The notes: a model not told the origin generated them from the letters alone. Positions 51,708 through 62,410 are shown, counted from the first letter of the stretch. The stretch: DNA of 64,000 bases from an uncultured Nitrososphaerales archaeon (GCA_963709405.1 CAVPXM010000063.1:1-64000); one strand, 5' to 3'. Translations and numbers: made by a program.

Positions 51708-51952
51708 TTAATGTCCCCCTATAATTTCTAAGTCAACTTGAGGATATTATATACATTTTTCTTTGACCTAGAAAAATCTTACGAATGGTAACTTTGCAAA
51801 ATACGCGACCACATACTCGGCGCTGAATATCTATCTATATATATAAATTATGCGTATGAAAGACGTCATAAAGATGGTAGATTTAAGGTGTTTGTATCCC
51901 CCGTGTGTAGCATAAAGACTCATCTGGCGATTCCTGGTTCGGCGGTGGTTTA

Positions 51953-52543
51953 ATGAAGATTCTTGTTATTGATAACTATGACTCGTTCGTATATAATATT
52001 GTCCAAATTCTTGGACAAAATAGTGTGGAACCCATAGTTAGGAGGAACGATATGATCACGATGCGTGGCATTAAGAAAATACGACCTGATGCCATAATTA
52101 TCTCTCCAGGTCCAGGAAATCCGCAAGATCCTAAGTATTTTGGAGTCTGTAACAATATAATAAAAGACCTTGGACCAACGCTACCGGTGTTGGGAATTTG
52201 TCTAGGACATCAAGGGATAGCTAGTGCCTTTGGAGGAAAGGTGATCAACGCAAGATCTGTCACGCATGGTAGAACTAGTGTGATACGACACAATAATATT
52301 AGTCGCCTATTTGAGAACGTAAAGAATCCCTTTATCGCCACACGTTACCATTCATTAGTAGCAGATGCGTCTCGCCTACCAGATTGCCTCGAGGTAACCG
52401 CTATAGCCGAGGATGACAACGAGATAATGGCTCTGAGGCACAAGAGATATTTAATTGAAGGACTCCAATTCCATCCTGAATCTGTACTCACTTCAGAAGG
52501 ATCAAAAATATTATTAAACTTTCTTTCAATGATCAAAAGATGA
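51953..52543 (+). CDS. trpG: anthranilate synthase component II (glutamine amidotransferase)
   Basis: IDNYDSF, ISPGPG.P, GICLGHQ, RYHSL and QFHPES. Confidence 0.93.
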   Translation: MKILVIDNYDSFVYNIVQILGQNSVEPIVRRNDMITMRGIKKIRPDAIIISPGPGNPQDPKYFGVCNNIIKDLGPTLPVLGICLGHQGIASAFGGKVINARSVTHGRTSVIRHNNISRLFENVKNPFIATRYHSLVADASRLPDCLEVTAIAEDDNEIMALRHKRYLIEGLQFHPESVLTSEGSKILLNFLSMIKR

Positions 52544-53616
52544 CGTACAATGATATAGAATTCCAACCTCTCATTAGAAAACTAATTTCCAAGAAAGAAT
52601 TGAGTGAAGAAGAGATCAGAAAATCTATTGATCTGATTTCTGGGACGCAAGTTTCGCATGTGTCAATAGCAGCCTTTTTAGTTGCCCTTACTATGAAAAA
52701 AGAGACTGCGAATGAGATTGGATACCTGATTAGATTTGTCAAAGAACATTCCATCCGTCTAACCCCAAAACTGAATTCCCCAATTGTCGATATTTGTGGA
52801 ACTGGAGGCGACTTGATCAGTACCCCTAATATCAGCACTGCAGCAGCTATCGTCGCATCCGCTAGTGGTGCTTGTGTGGCGAAACATGGAAACAAATCAA
52901 TGTCTGGTCTGTGTGGCAGCGCAGATTTTATGGAATACGTGGGCTTTGACCTCAATACTTCACCTGCAAATGTATTATCTTCCATAGAGCGGATAGGAAT
53001 AGGTTTTCTATTTGCCCCAAAATTTCACCCCGCCATGGCAGGGGCAGCTATTGCTCGCAAAATCATAGGTGCAAGAACGTTGTTCAACGTCATCGGCCCG
53101 CTTAGCAATCCATGCACTAATCTGTCCGGGCAAGTGATTGGCGTCACAGATGATTCATTAGTTGAGACAATCTCAGAAGCTAGTCGAAATTTCGGCATAA
53201 GAAACGTAATGGTAGTTCATGCCCACGACGGTCTAGATGAGTTATCTAATACGTGTCCGAATGACATCGTCTGGAGAAAAGAGGGCTACGTCCAGAGGAT
53301 TTGTTTGCACCCTAAAGATGTCAATTTAGATATAGCAACACTAGATGGATTGACTATGAAGACAAAAGAGCAATCTATTCGGACTACGCTTCGATGCATA
53401 TATGGCCAGGCAGAGAGGGACCTCTTGGGGATAGTTGAGTTAAACGCAGCGGCCGTTCTAGTTGTTGCGAATAAGGCTAGCGATTTAAAAGAAGGGATAG
53501 AACTTGCACGAGGGTCGATTAAAAATGGCAAGGCAAGAAAGAAGCTATCTGAATTAATTGAACGTTGCGGACGTAAGCGAAGACTTGAAGAAGTCGAAGA
53601 GGATTTCGAGCTATGA
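52540..53616 (+). CDS. trpD: anthranilate phosphoribosyltransferase
   Basis: DICGTGGD, NIST, KHGN, GSAD, FAPKFHPAM and DGLDE. Confidence 0.95.
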   Translation: MTYNDIEFQPLIRKLISKKELSEEEIRKSIDLISGTQVSHVSIAAFLVALTMKKETANEIGYLIRFVKEHSIRLTPKLNSPIVDICGTGGDLISTPNISTAAAIVASASGACVAKHGNKSMSGLCGSADFMEYVGFDLNTSPANVLSSIERIGIGFLFAPKFHPAMAGAAIARKIIGARTLFNVIGPLSNPCTNLSGQVIGVTDDSLVETISEASRNFGIRNVMVVHAHDGLDELSNTCPNDIVWRKEGYVQRICLHPKDVNLDIATLDGLTMKTKEQSIRTTLRCIYGQAERDLLGIVELNAAAVLVVANKASDLKEGIELARGSIKNGKARKKLSELIERCGRKRRLEEVEEDFEL

Positions 53617-53783
53617 ATTAGCTAAATTACTACCGGTTGTGCCAAGCACTGGGCTCAGCAATTTAATAGCCTACTAGGATATGACGCAAATCGCATGCCT
53701 TGAGAATATGATAACAGGTTCTGTAAGCCAATCTTTTGCCAAATTCATATTAAACGAATAACATCATGATTTAATCTAATTTA

Positions 53784-54465
53784 GGCTCTGTAAAGTTAAG
53801 GAAAAATCTATAGCTTTATGACTCCGATATAGGTTATGATGTGTCAAATAAGAAAGAGAACAGAACCTGAGGATATAGCATATTCTCTGTATCTGTATTT
53901 CCTTGGTCTTTCATTAAGAAATACTTCCAAAGCTGTGTCTAGATTTGTTAAAAGAAGTCATACTGCCATCAGAGACTGGATTCAAAAATATAAACCAGAG
54001 ATGTTAAGTTCCAGAAAGATAGATACGTATTACTGAATTTATAATTGATGAAACTATCATTAAAGTTGGTTCCGAATATATCTGGTTATGGATAGCCATT
54101 GAAAATGAATGATAACCGAGAAATCCTTCAAATAAGCATATCAAAAGAGAGAAACATGTTTGTTGCAGAACGTTTTATATTAAACCTTGTAAAAAGATAT
54201 GGAGAACATCTATCCTGTTTCAACTGATGGAGGTACATGGTATCCACAGACTTGTAGATTCTTGAGACTGCACCATCACATCCATTCTCCATATGAGAAA
54301 AGTATCATAGAAAGGACGGTACAATACATCAAAGATAGAACAGAATATTTCGATGATTATTTTCCTTGTAGAAAAAGTAAGTGTAAATTGCAACACATAC
54401 AAAAATGGTTGGATCTATTTGTTAGTCATCATAACAATAATTTGTTATCTTAACTTTACAGAGCC
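53784..54465 (+). mobile_element. IS6-family insertion sequence with pseudogenised transposase
   Basis: Perfect 17-bp inverted repeats GGCTCTGTAAAGTTAAG / CTTAACTTTACAGAGCC and 8-bp TSD CTAATTTA. Fragments YFLGLSLR, IDET.IKVG...WLW.AI, TDGG.WY and IER....IKDR. Confidence 0.92.
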
Positions 54466-54559
54466 CTAATTTATGATTAAACAGTAAAATACGCAGCTAG
54501 TGTACATTATATTTTTATTATATAAGCGCGTGTAAAGGCATGAGGGTAATTACTGCAAA

Positions 54560-55411
54560 TTGCAATCCCCTGATCAAAACTTCGCTGAAAAGGATATAGA
54601 TTCGTTAGATTGGCAAGAGCTCTTGAATTTGAAACGCAGATTCTCTTCGTATCTGAAAGAATTAACAAATGGAATCATTGAAATTGAAAGGTCCAAAATG
54701 CCATCCTTAAATCACAACATTCAAGCCGCCATGGATAGTCATAGGTTGTTAGTAAACAAGTCCAGAGATATTCGAGCTTCAGTCAGATCCAAAAATTCTG
54801 AATTTTTGGCAATTAGTCAAAAAATTTCACAATCCAAGGACTTTGTAAGTATGATGGAATCGAGGATTACAGATAACAGTGAGGATATATTATATCAGAC
54901 TAAAGATACTCTAACAAAAAATCTGGAAGACAAACAATACGAGAATGAAAGAGACAGAGCTAGAATAGTTCAGGAAATAAAAGATACGTCTATGAAGATA
55001 GAAGCTGTCAAGGCCGTAAATACAATCAAACAAGAACTAATTCAGTTCAATCGACAAGCGGAGGTTTTTAGAGATAATATCATGATAATGGAAAACGATA
55101 CCATAAAGTTGAATAATGATATTAATACAAGCAGAATTGCGCTAGATGCTTTATTTAAGGCTAGGCATAGGTTGGCCGGTGAACGAGGTAAGTTATTAAG
55201 CACCTATAATGAAGCACTGGCAAAGTTGGAGATGATTAATTCGAAGATGGACAAAATTGCTCAGGTGAGAAAGCAGCGTGTACAAGAGCATGGCCGTTAT
55301 GTCAGTGATAGCGTTCTTTTGAAAGTCAAAGAGGAGGCTAAAAAAAAGTTACAATCTGGATCGAAACTAAGTTTTGAAGAACTAAAATTATTGTATAATG
55401 ATGGCGGTTGA
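54560..55411 (+). CDS. archaeal coiled-coil protein
   Basis: Heptad-rich; C-terminal A..KL..G.KLSFEEL motif. Confidence 0.75.
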   Translation: MQSPDQNFAEKDIDSLDWQELLNLKRRFSSYLKELTNGIIEIERSKMPSLNHNIQAAMDSHRLLVNKSRDIRASVRSKNSEFLAISQKISQSKDFVSMMESRITDNSEDILYQTKDTLTKNLEDKQYENERDRARIVQEIKDTSMKIEAVKAVNTIKQELIQFNRQAEVFRDNIMIMENDTIKLNNDINTSRIALDALFKARHRLAGERGKLLSTYNEALAKLEMINSKMDKIAQVRKQRVQEHGRYVSDSVLLKVKEEAKKKLQSGSKLSFEELKLLYNDGG

Positions 55412-55529
55412 CACATGAAAAATATCTCATTATGTGATTAAATTGCTGACGAAAGAAGTAAGACTGTTATCTAATATCGTCTATTCATTAGTAAGCTGAG
55501 CACCATTCGCGGGGATGGGTATAATAGGC

Positions 55530-56138
55530 TTAAGAAGGACAGTTTGATGCCTTGAAATCAAGACAAACAAGATATATCTCGCTGCTTGACTGCCTACTTG
55601 CAACAGGCTTACTTAGTTTTACCCTGTGGAATCGAGTTGATAATTCACTTACAAAACCTCTTAAAGTCTCACCTTCAAAAACTTTAAACACCCCAGTTCC
55701 GCCGCTCTTCAGCAAGTTGGCGGCCATTTGGAAGGCAATACGACTCAGGTTGATTTGCGTAATATGATCAACTTCCCATATTCCACTTATATTTGGAGAA
55801 AGATCTGATAATACTACATCTATTTCATTTCTGAAATGCTTGATCAAATACTGTCGTAAAGCTGGATCCTCCACTGAATAGTTCAAAAATAATATACCTT
55901 CAAGATGAGTTATCTGTTTGAGATCTGTGCCTATAACGATGCCATCATGCCCTACTTCCCCTTTAGCAACTTGCAGCCACCCTCCCGGGTATGATCCGAA
56001 GTCTATGATCCTACCACCCTTTCGCAAAAAATGGTAGGACTTGTTTAACTGAAGAAGTTTGTATGCAGATCTACTTCTAAAGCCATCACTCTTTGCCAGT
56101 TTGCGATAATGATCCTTTCTTGCATCACGCAGCTTCAT
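55530..56138 (-). CDS. rlmE: 23S rRNA 2'-O-methyltransferase RlmE/FtsJ
   Basis: GFRSRSAYKL, D.G..PGGW.Q, SD.SPN.SG and KP.ASR..SSE.Y. Confidence 0.93.
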   Translation of the reverse strand: MKLRDARKDHYRKLAKSDGFRSRSAYKLLQLNKSYHFLRKGGRIIDFGSYPGGWLQVAKGEVGHDGIVIGTDLKQITHLEGILFLNYSVEDPALRQYLIKHFRNEIDVVLSDLSPNISGIWEVDHITQINLSRIAFQMAANLLKSGGTGVFKVFEGETLRGFVSELSTRFHRVKLSKPVASRQSSSEIYLVCLDFKASNCPS

Positions 56139-56196
56139 TAGTTATGAATTCCGAATGCAGCGCGACCTAGAAACTGTTCTAACAGCTCATACTAGC

Positions 56197-57704
56197 CTAA
56201 AGTGTCACAAATATTTTGTCAAAATAGTCTGATTGCTCTTTTGTTAGTTCCGCTGCCTTCCCCTTCAGAAACATTTGCGAGGTTCTTGGCTAATTTCTTC
56301 TTATATTCCAATTGCATTTGACGTGCGATTTGGATTCTCTGTGCCTGAGGGGAACCTGCACCGTGCATTGACTCAGTAAGGTAACCAACGGCATTGCGGC
56401 CCATTGTCATATTTTCTATCAATCGCAAAATCCTTACCCTATTCTCAGTAGACACACCCTTCTTGCCCCTTAAATACTTCTCCAGCAATGGACCCGTATA
56501 AGGACTCCTAAAGTCTTTTTCTGAAGGCATAGTTACCATAAGGCCACCCGCGATGTCTTGAGCCAGCCTGCCCAGTTCGTACGGAAAACGTGTGACATTG
56601 TGTTTGCAAACATTTGCTAGCATGTCATCATTCTGGTAGTTTCCGGATGCCGTCTTATGGGATTGATAAGATGAAGCAATACCTGCGAGCAAAAATCGTC
56701 TCGTTCAGATGAGTCATTTCAACGAGCTTGTCTTTAATGTGAGATGCATTAGCAATCCCATTATAATCAGCTGTGGCCGCAGCTGCGCCAATCAAAACAT
56801 CCCCGAGTCCAGTTTTGCAGACGTAGCTCCTTCTATGGTAGCAAGTGAACCGTTCTACCAGCATTGAAGCAAATTCAACTTCGCCTCGCATGAAGATCAA
56901 TTCATTGGGAATGAATACCTTATCCAAAATCATCATGGCTTCCTGTCCCGAATACTTCGCGTTACCCGCGTCAAGAGTTCCACCTTCCATGCTTCGTGTA
57001 TCGCAGGATTGTCTCCCATAGATATACGTAATTCCTTCTGCATTAACTGGTATTGCACCAACTATTGCATAATCCTTATCCTCTGGTCGCAATCGCATGG
57101 TTGGCATGATTATGATCCAGTGCGAATTGATACACCCTGTCTGATGCGCTTTAGCTCCGCTCACGTAAACTCCATTTTCATCTGCCTTCACAATATGCAC
57201 AAACATGTCAGGATCTTCTTGCTGAGAAGGCGCAAGGCTTCTATCTCCCTTTACGTCGGTCATAGCTCCGCCAATAACTAGATTCTCCTTCTGTATCAAT
57301 TTGATAAATTCAATCAATCTCTTCTGATAAACTGTGTTATATTTCGAATCAATTTCATAGGTTGTAGAGTATAATGAATTCAGTGCATCCATTCCTACGC
57401 ATCGTTGAAAACAAGTTCCGGTTAATTGCCCCAACTTTCGTTGCATCTTGTTTTGGTTTACCAGATCTTCTCCCCGCTCTGTAATGTGCAAAAATCTATT
57501 TACTTTGATACCCGATAGTGAAGATTCTGCAGATCCCAAATCTGGGTCTCTTTCCGCCAGATCATACGTTTCAGCTACGGCATTTATTGATGGACGAATC
57601 ATCGGATGATCTACAGGTTCCTTGATGAGTTCGCCAAACAAATAAACCTTCAAATTCCTACCCCGCAAGCTTTGGATGTAATCTGCCCCGTTTTTAATAG
57701 GCAT
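56197..57704 (-). CDS. hcd: 4-hydroxybutyryl-CoA dehydratase (3HP/4HB carbon-fixation cycle), two apparent frameshifts (~56690, ~56255)
   Basis: TGTCFQRCVGMDA, GAMTDVKGDR, GAKAHQTG, YHRRSYVCK and ESMHGAGSPQAQ. Start MPIKNG at 57704; C-terminus ELTKEQSDYFDKIFVTL* lies in a third frame. Confidence 0.9.
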
Positions 57705-58030
57705 TATAAACAACTTATGCTTCAGATAATATTTATACCTTTTTGGATATTCAATGTATAAGAATTGTTTTAGACCTGGAAACGAAAATACAAAGTTTGG
57801 CAATATTTTGTGGAGACGGCTGGCATAACGACGTTAGAGGCAGTATTTAAATGAGCGGCATTCTTCCGGGATCCATGCGAGGTAGATTCTTGAATTATCC
57901 CAGCCTTCGGCCACAAAAAAATAGTCGGCATAAGCTACACATCTAAGAATAGTAGATTCACCCGGACCAGACCAATTCCGAACGAAATGGCGTAGAACAT
58001 TTTTTATGTCTGCCTTTCTCTCAAGAGTTC

Positions 58031-58567
58031 ATGGTGTCCAAAGAAGTAGACCTACGCAAACTAATTCAAGAATATCCTGATTTTCCGAAACAGGGCGTCT
58101 TGTTCAGAGATATTAATCCAGTACTTCGCAATGCAAAGGCACTAGATTTTATAGCTGAAGAATTCAAGAATAGGCTAAACGGACGTAAGATTGATTTAGT
58201 AGTAGGGATTGAATCTAGAGGTTTTATCATAGCTACTGCTATTGCTCTAAAATTCCAAGTCGGATTAGTCGTTGTTAGAAAGGCTGGAAAGCTACCAGGT
58301 CAAACAATAAAGAAGTCATACGAAATTGAATACGGTAGCGCGATAATGGAGATGCAGGTTAGTGCGCTGGATAAAAACCAGGCTGTACTCGTTGCAGATG
58401 ATTTGATAGCTACTGGTGGAACAGCTATGGCCTCTGCTAAGATTATAGAAGAATTAGGGAGTAGGGTTGTTGGATTTGCTTTCCTAGTTGAGCTTGGGAA
58501 GTTGCGCGGCGGAATGATACTCAGGAATTTAGGATACAATGTAATATCACTAGCGGTGTATAACTAA
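58031..58567 (+). CDS. apt: adenine phosphoribosyltransferase
   Basis: DFPKQGVLFRDI, GIESRGF, RKAGKLPG and DDLIATGGT. Confidence 0.95.
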   Translation: MVSKEVDLRKLIQEYPDFPKQGVLFRDINPVLRNAKALDFIAEEFKNRLNGRKIDLVVGIESRGFIIATAIALKFQVGLVVVRKAGKLPGQTIKKSYEIEYGSAIMEMQVSALDKNQAVLVADDLIATGGTAMASAKIIEELGSRVVGFAFLVELGKLRGGMILRNLGYNVISLAVYN

Positions 58568-58570
58568 TTC

Positions 58571-59371
58571 GTGAGCTCCATTTCAGCCGAAATAGGTATA
58601 CTGGGTGGCACAGGAATCTATAGCGCCGAGATGTTCAGTGATGTAACTGAATTAAAGGTCCATACTCCTTATGGAGAAACCTCAGACACAGTGTGTATTG
58701 GGAAGTATTCCAATAGATCAATTGCTTTTATTCCTAGACATGGAAAGGGTCATAGAATACCACCACATCGAATTAACTACCTTGCTAATATTTGGGCGTT
58801 CAAGAGTTTGGGCGTGAAGCGAATAGTTGCCCCTTCAGCCGTCGGGAGTCTGAAGACTCGCTATAAGCCAGGCGACATTGTTGTCCCTGATCAATTCATA
58901 GACTTAACCAAGAGTAGAGATTACACCTTTTATGACGGCGGGCAAGTGTGTCATATTTCGATGGCTCAACCATTCTGTCCAGAATTGACCAGAATTGCTT
59001 TCGATAGCATAAGAGAATTGTCTTTCGATGGTCATCCAAGTGGAACCTACCTATGTATAGAAGGTCCTAGATTTTCAACTGTGGCTGAATCAAGATACTA
59101 TAGAGAAGTACTAAACGCAGACATTATCGGAATGACGCTTATTCCTGAATGTGTATTGGCAAGAGAGGCAGAAATATGCTATGTTTCATTGTCTACCGTG
59201 ACCGATTATGATGTCTGGACAGAGAATACAGTAAATTCGAAGGATATTGTTGCAATTCTTGAAAAGAATGTGTCTAAAACAAAAAAAATCATTATGCAGA
59301 TCATATCGCAAATACCGGCAGGAAGAGAAAAGTGTACGTGCGGTCATTCGCTTGATAATTCAGTACTATGA
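58571..59371 (+). CDS. mtnP: 5'-methylthioadenosine phosphorylase
   Basis: GILGGTG, TPYG, PRHG..H.IPPH.INY.AN, EGPRFST.AES, GMT..PE..LARE and TDYD. Confidence 0.93.
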   Translation: MSSISAEIGILGGTGIYSAEMFSDVTELKVHTPYGETSDTVCIGKYSNRSIAFIPRHGKGHRIPPHRINYLANIWAFKSLGVKRIVAPSAVGSLKTRYKPGDIVVPDQFIDLTKSRDYTFYDGGQVCHISMAQPFCPELTRIAFDSIRELSFDGHPSGTYLCIEGPRFSTVAESRYYREVLNADIIGMTLIPECVLAREAEICYVSLSTVTDYDVWTENTVNSKDIVAILEKNVSKTKKIIMQIISQIPAGREKCTCGHSLDNSVL

Positions 59372-59680
59372 ATTGACTGTGCCAGTTTCTGATGGCTTTC
59401 CTTGAAGTGTCACCTCCCCTTCTACTAGCTTTCTCTGTATGTTTAAATACACGACTTCTGGATCAAGCCCCATTTTTATGATCTCTTTTAACGCAACTTT
59501 CGGTATAGTTAGACTAATATTATGACCGCCTATTCTACCAAATGCAAGAGCTTTGAACCTAAATTCCTTACCATTTAGCAGAAAGTAACCGCTCAACTTG
59601 CTAGCTATGTTTCCCCCTTTTGCAGATTTCACAACTACCGTTATAGGTATATTATCTCCGGTATCTGAAGCAAGTTTCAT
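59366..59680 (-). CDS. hypothetical protein
   Basis: 104-aa ORF (FKALAFGRIGGHN) overlapping the next gene by 4 bp. Confidence 0.7.
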   Translation of the reverse strand: MKLASDTGDNIPITVVVKSAKGGNIASKLSGYFLLNGKEFRFKALAFGRIGGHNISLTIPKVALKEIIKMGLDPEVVYLNIQRKLVEGEVTLQGKPSETGTVNS

Positions 59681-60099
59681 TTTGCATTGCCCTCTACAGC
59701 GATATCTATGTTTCTATTAACATTTTTTTCTACAAGAAAGCTCCACCATTCGTCGTCCACTATAGTATAGTCTTTTACCCTCACTGATATAATTTTTTCA
59801 TCAATATCATCAGTAAACCTAGCACTCCCATCCTTGATTAGGCCTACAAGGTTCCACCTATCCTTTCCTATTCTATTCTTATTCACTGCGACTGACCACT
59901 TTCGATCTCTGGGAATTTTTGGCATTCCTATTTTATCGCCGATATCTAGTACACCCAGTCGTTTCTCTTCGCAGAAAAGTTCCTTAGTAACGACACTACG
60001 CCAAATGTCGATTGCACCAATAGTTTTTTCGTTCTCAAGGAGATTTATGACACCAAAATACACCACCTTATCTGCACCCAGTTGTTTCGAATCCGACAT
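59677..60099 (-). CDS. hypothetical protein
   Basis: 140-aa ORF in an operon-like arrangement with its neighbours. Confidence 0.7.
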   Translation of the reverse strand: MSDSKQLGADKVVYFGVINLLENEKTIGAIDIWRSVVTKELFCEEKRLGVLDIGDKIGMPKIPRDRKWSVAVNKNRIGKDRWNLVGLIKDGSARFTDDIDEKIISVRVKDYTIVDDEWWSFLVEKNVNRNIDIAVEGNAK

Positions 60100-60130
60100 T
60101 TTCGTAATTATTGAATCAATCTTTGCCTAT

Positions 60131-60475
60131 TTAGACATTGATATGTTCGTAGTATTCCGCCATTACAGCCCCGACATGGTCTATTAATTCGTTTCTGCGA
60201 AATGGAATATTATCTTCTTTGCATCTTTCTCTATATCTATTGACAATTGCAAATCTAGGGTGCAGAGGAGTATATTCATTGCATGACATCTGGATTATCA
60301 TACCAAAATCAACCAGAGATCGGGCAGTCTTTTCTGCCACCTCTCTTGAACAGTTCAGATCTAAACTGATTCGATCTACAGACCTGCGACCAGTTTTTAC
60401 CATGTGTAGGAATAGCTCTGATTCTCGCTCGGATAGCTTCAATTCGGTTTGTAGCACGATTAATGGATCTTTCAT
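60131..60475 (-). CDS. TrmB-like winged-helix protein
   Basis: LSERESELF..MVK.G, HTH, L...GMI and Y.PLHPRFA; start taken at MKDPL. Confidence 0.65.
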   Translation of the reverse strand: MKDPLIVLQTELKLSERESELFLHMVKTGRRSVDRISLDLNCSREVAEKTARSLVDFGMIIQMSCNEYTPLHPRFAIVNRYRERCKEDNIPFRRNELIDHVGAVMAEYYEHINV

Positions 60476-60830
60476 ATCCTGCTGAGGTCGAGTTATGAGA
60501 TAGTGACATAAATATATCTGTTGCAAGTAAAAAGATCATTCGGATTATATACATGTTCTATACGTTTTTTGCTTAAATCTAATAATATTATAATGAAGGG
60601 TCGTGAAATGATATGAGGAGCGAATAACTAGTGTATATGTACCAAAACTGATTCTGCTTGCCAATATAGCACCAATGTGCTCCATCTCGGCCTAGATAGA
60701 AATGATGAAACATTTCTATCTTACCTTACACATTGCAAAAAATAAGTGACAAAATCCTCATATTAGCCATTACACAAATTAGGTATTAACTGTTCTATGT
60801 ATTAGAAATATTCTTGATTTAGATAATATT

Positions 60831-61697
60831 TTAATAGTAAGTAATCTGCCCGCCCCCGATCTGCGTGCCAAGACCAGTAAATATCAAGATATTTACCAAG
60901 ATTACGGACACGACAGTTAATGATGATATCATTATTACCCTATATCCCTTGGGTATCATTTGTCTCCTCAACATAATCAAAAAGGATACGGACAGGAGCG
61001 CGGCTATTGAAAGGGACGAAATCATAGTAGCATTGGTAATCATCTTTCCAGCGTATGAGATGCTAGGATTCGTTAATATCTGCGTGCCAAGACCAGTAAA
61101 TATCAAGATATTTACCAAGATTACGGACACGACAGTTAATGATGATATCATTATTACCCTATATCCCTTGGGTATCATTTGTCTCCTCAACATAATCAAA
61201 AAGGATACGGACAGGAGCGCGGCTATTGAAAGGGACGAAATCATAGTAGCATTGGTAATCATCTTTCCAGCGTATGACATGCCTGGAAAAATAGTGTATG
61301 ATTGAGAGTATATCCCGACGCAAACAGATACTACGATCGCCATCGCCAATAATATCACTAGGTTTCCACGTATGAAATTCAACATAGAGTATTTTAGATC
61401 TACTTCTAGAGGTTCAGAATGCTGATCTCCCGACTCGGAATCTTCATCTTTGTGAATATCGGGAGCTTTAAAGTCAATTTCCTTAAGTAGTCCCCAGCCA
61501 TCCTGGGTAATAAGATACTGCTTAGAATCCTTCGTTATGTACTTGCCCATTCTTTCCAAATGGTAGTAGATAGAACCAGTCGACAGGCCGGTTGCATCTC
61601 TAATATCTGAGAAACCCGCACAGCCTTTTCTTCCAGCAATTGCCTTCAATATTTTCAACCTTGTACGCCTAGCACGCAGTTGTGTTTCTCCAGTCAA
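60831..61697 (-). CDS. winged-helix (ArsR-like) regulator fused to a multi-TM domain with an exact internal duplication
   Basis: RTRLKILKAI..GFSDIRDATGLSTGSIYYHL HTH followed by five hydrophobic helices. Confidence 0.8.
   Translation of the reverse strand: MTGETQLRARRTRLKILKAIAGRKGCAGFSDIRDATGLSTGSIYYHLERMGKYITKDSKQYLITQDGWGLLKEIDFKAPDIHKDEDSESGDQHSEPLEVDLKYSMLNFIRGNLVILLAMAIVVSVCVGIYSQSYTIFPGMSYAGKMITNATMISSLSIAALLSVSFLIMLRRQMIPKGYRVIMISSLTVVSVILVNILIFTGLGTQILTNPSISYAGKMITNATMISSLSIAALLSVSFLIMLRRQMIPKGYRVIMISSLTVVSVILVNILIFTGLGTQIGGGQITYY
60859..61277. repeat. 200-bp exact direct repeat (60859-61058 and 61078-61277), period 219 bp
   Basis: Both copies run from ATCTGCGTGCCAAGACC to CCAGCGTATGA, separated by a unique 19-bp spacer. 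Confidence 0.92.
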
Positions 61698-61885
61698 TAT
61701 CGTTGATATATCTTGAAATTATTTATCTGTTTCTAGCTTGTTTGAGTAGTTGCGACCACAGAATTGTTACATACTTTAGCTAATCAAATCTCTGAAATTT
61801 CTGATTTTGGCCTTATGAAAATAAATGATACGCTCGAGTAAGACTTATACAGATATACTTTTGTAACGTAAACTGATGCCACCGT

Positions 61886-62024
61886 GGGGTCGTAGCGAAG
61901 CCTGGCATCGCAACGGGCTCCAGATCTTTAGACTAGGGCTGGTCTTAAATGGAGGAAACCCGTGGATCAGGGGTTCAAGTAAATATGGTGAAATGCCTAT
62001 TCAGAACATATCCCTTCGGCCCCA
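61886..62024 (+). tRNA. tRNA-Trp(CCA) with two introns (anticodon loop ~61924-61957; T-loop ~61979-62009)
   Basis: Acceptor GGGGTCG/CGGCCCC, anticodon arm ACGGG-CT-CCA-G[intron]A-CCCGT, T-arm AGGGG-TTCAA[intron]AT-CCCTT. Confidence 0.88.
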
Positions 62025-62114
62025 CATATTTTAGTCCATTCAAGGCATATCATTCCTATGTAAGTTTGCCTCGTTGATGTAAAATCGTGGATTAACCTAG
62101 CAGGGATTTCGATG

Positions 62115-62410
62115 CTAATATATGGATTTTGAAAGCTCTTCCGGAGACCCAAATGTTCCGCTGGCTTCAGGCAGGTGCATTTCAATAGCTCTAGCCGCAG
62201 CCTCCAAAAATATCTTTATTGCGGCCTGTTTCTTTATCGAATTGAACAGTTTTTTGGGGACCTTAATCTCTCGAAATATAATACAGAACTTTCCTCAATG
62301 ATAATATCTGCGTCTGAACAAGGAACTCCGTGTTTGATAAGGTGTGCCTCTAGCTTGCTTGCAAAAAGGGCAAATTGAATAGAATTGGCATTATGATTAA
62401 TGTTTGCCAT
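62115..62410 (-). CDS. hypothetical protein, apparent frameshift in an A-run near 62252
   Basis: MANINHNANSIQFALFASKLEAHLIKHGVPCSDADIIIEESSVLYFERL / KLFNSIKK..FLEAAARAIEMHLPEASGTFGSPEELSKSIY*. Not in the supplied ORF track. Confidence 0.55.

Noticed and set aside
57805-58000. Slightly GC-richer intergenic stretch between hcd and apt, considered as SRP or RNase P RNA
   Set aside because: Lacks the SRP helix-8 motif and RNase P conserved regions, and no long stems are evident.
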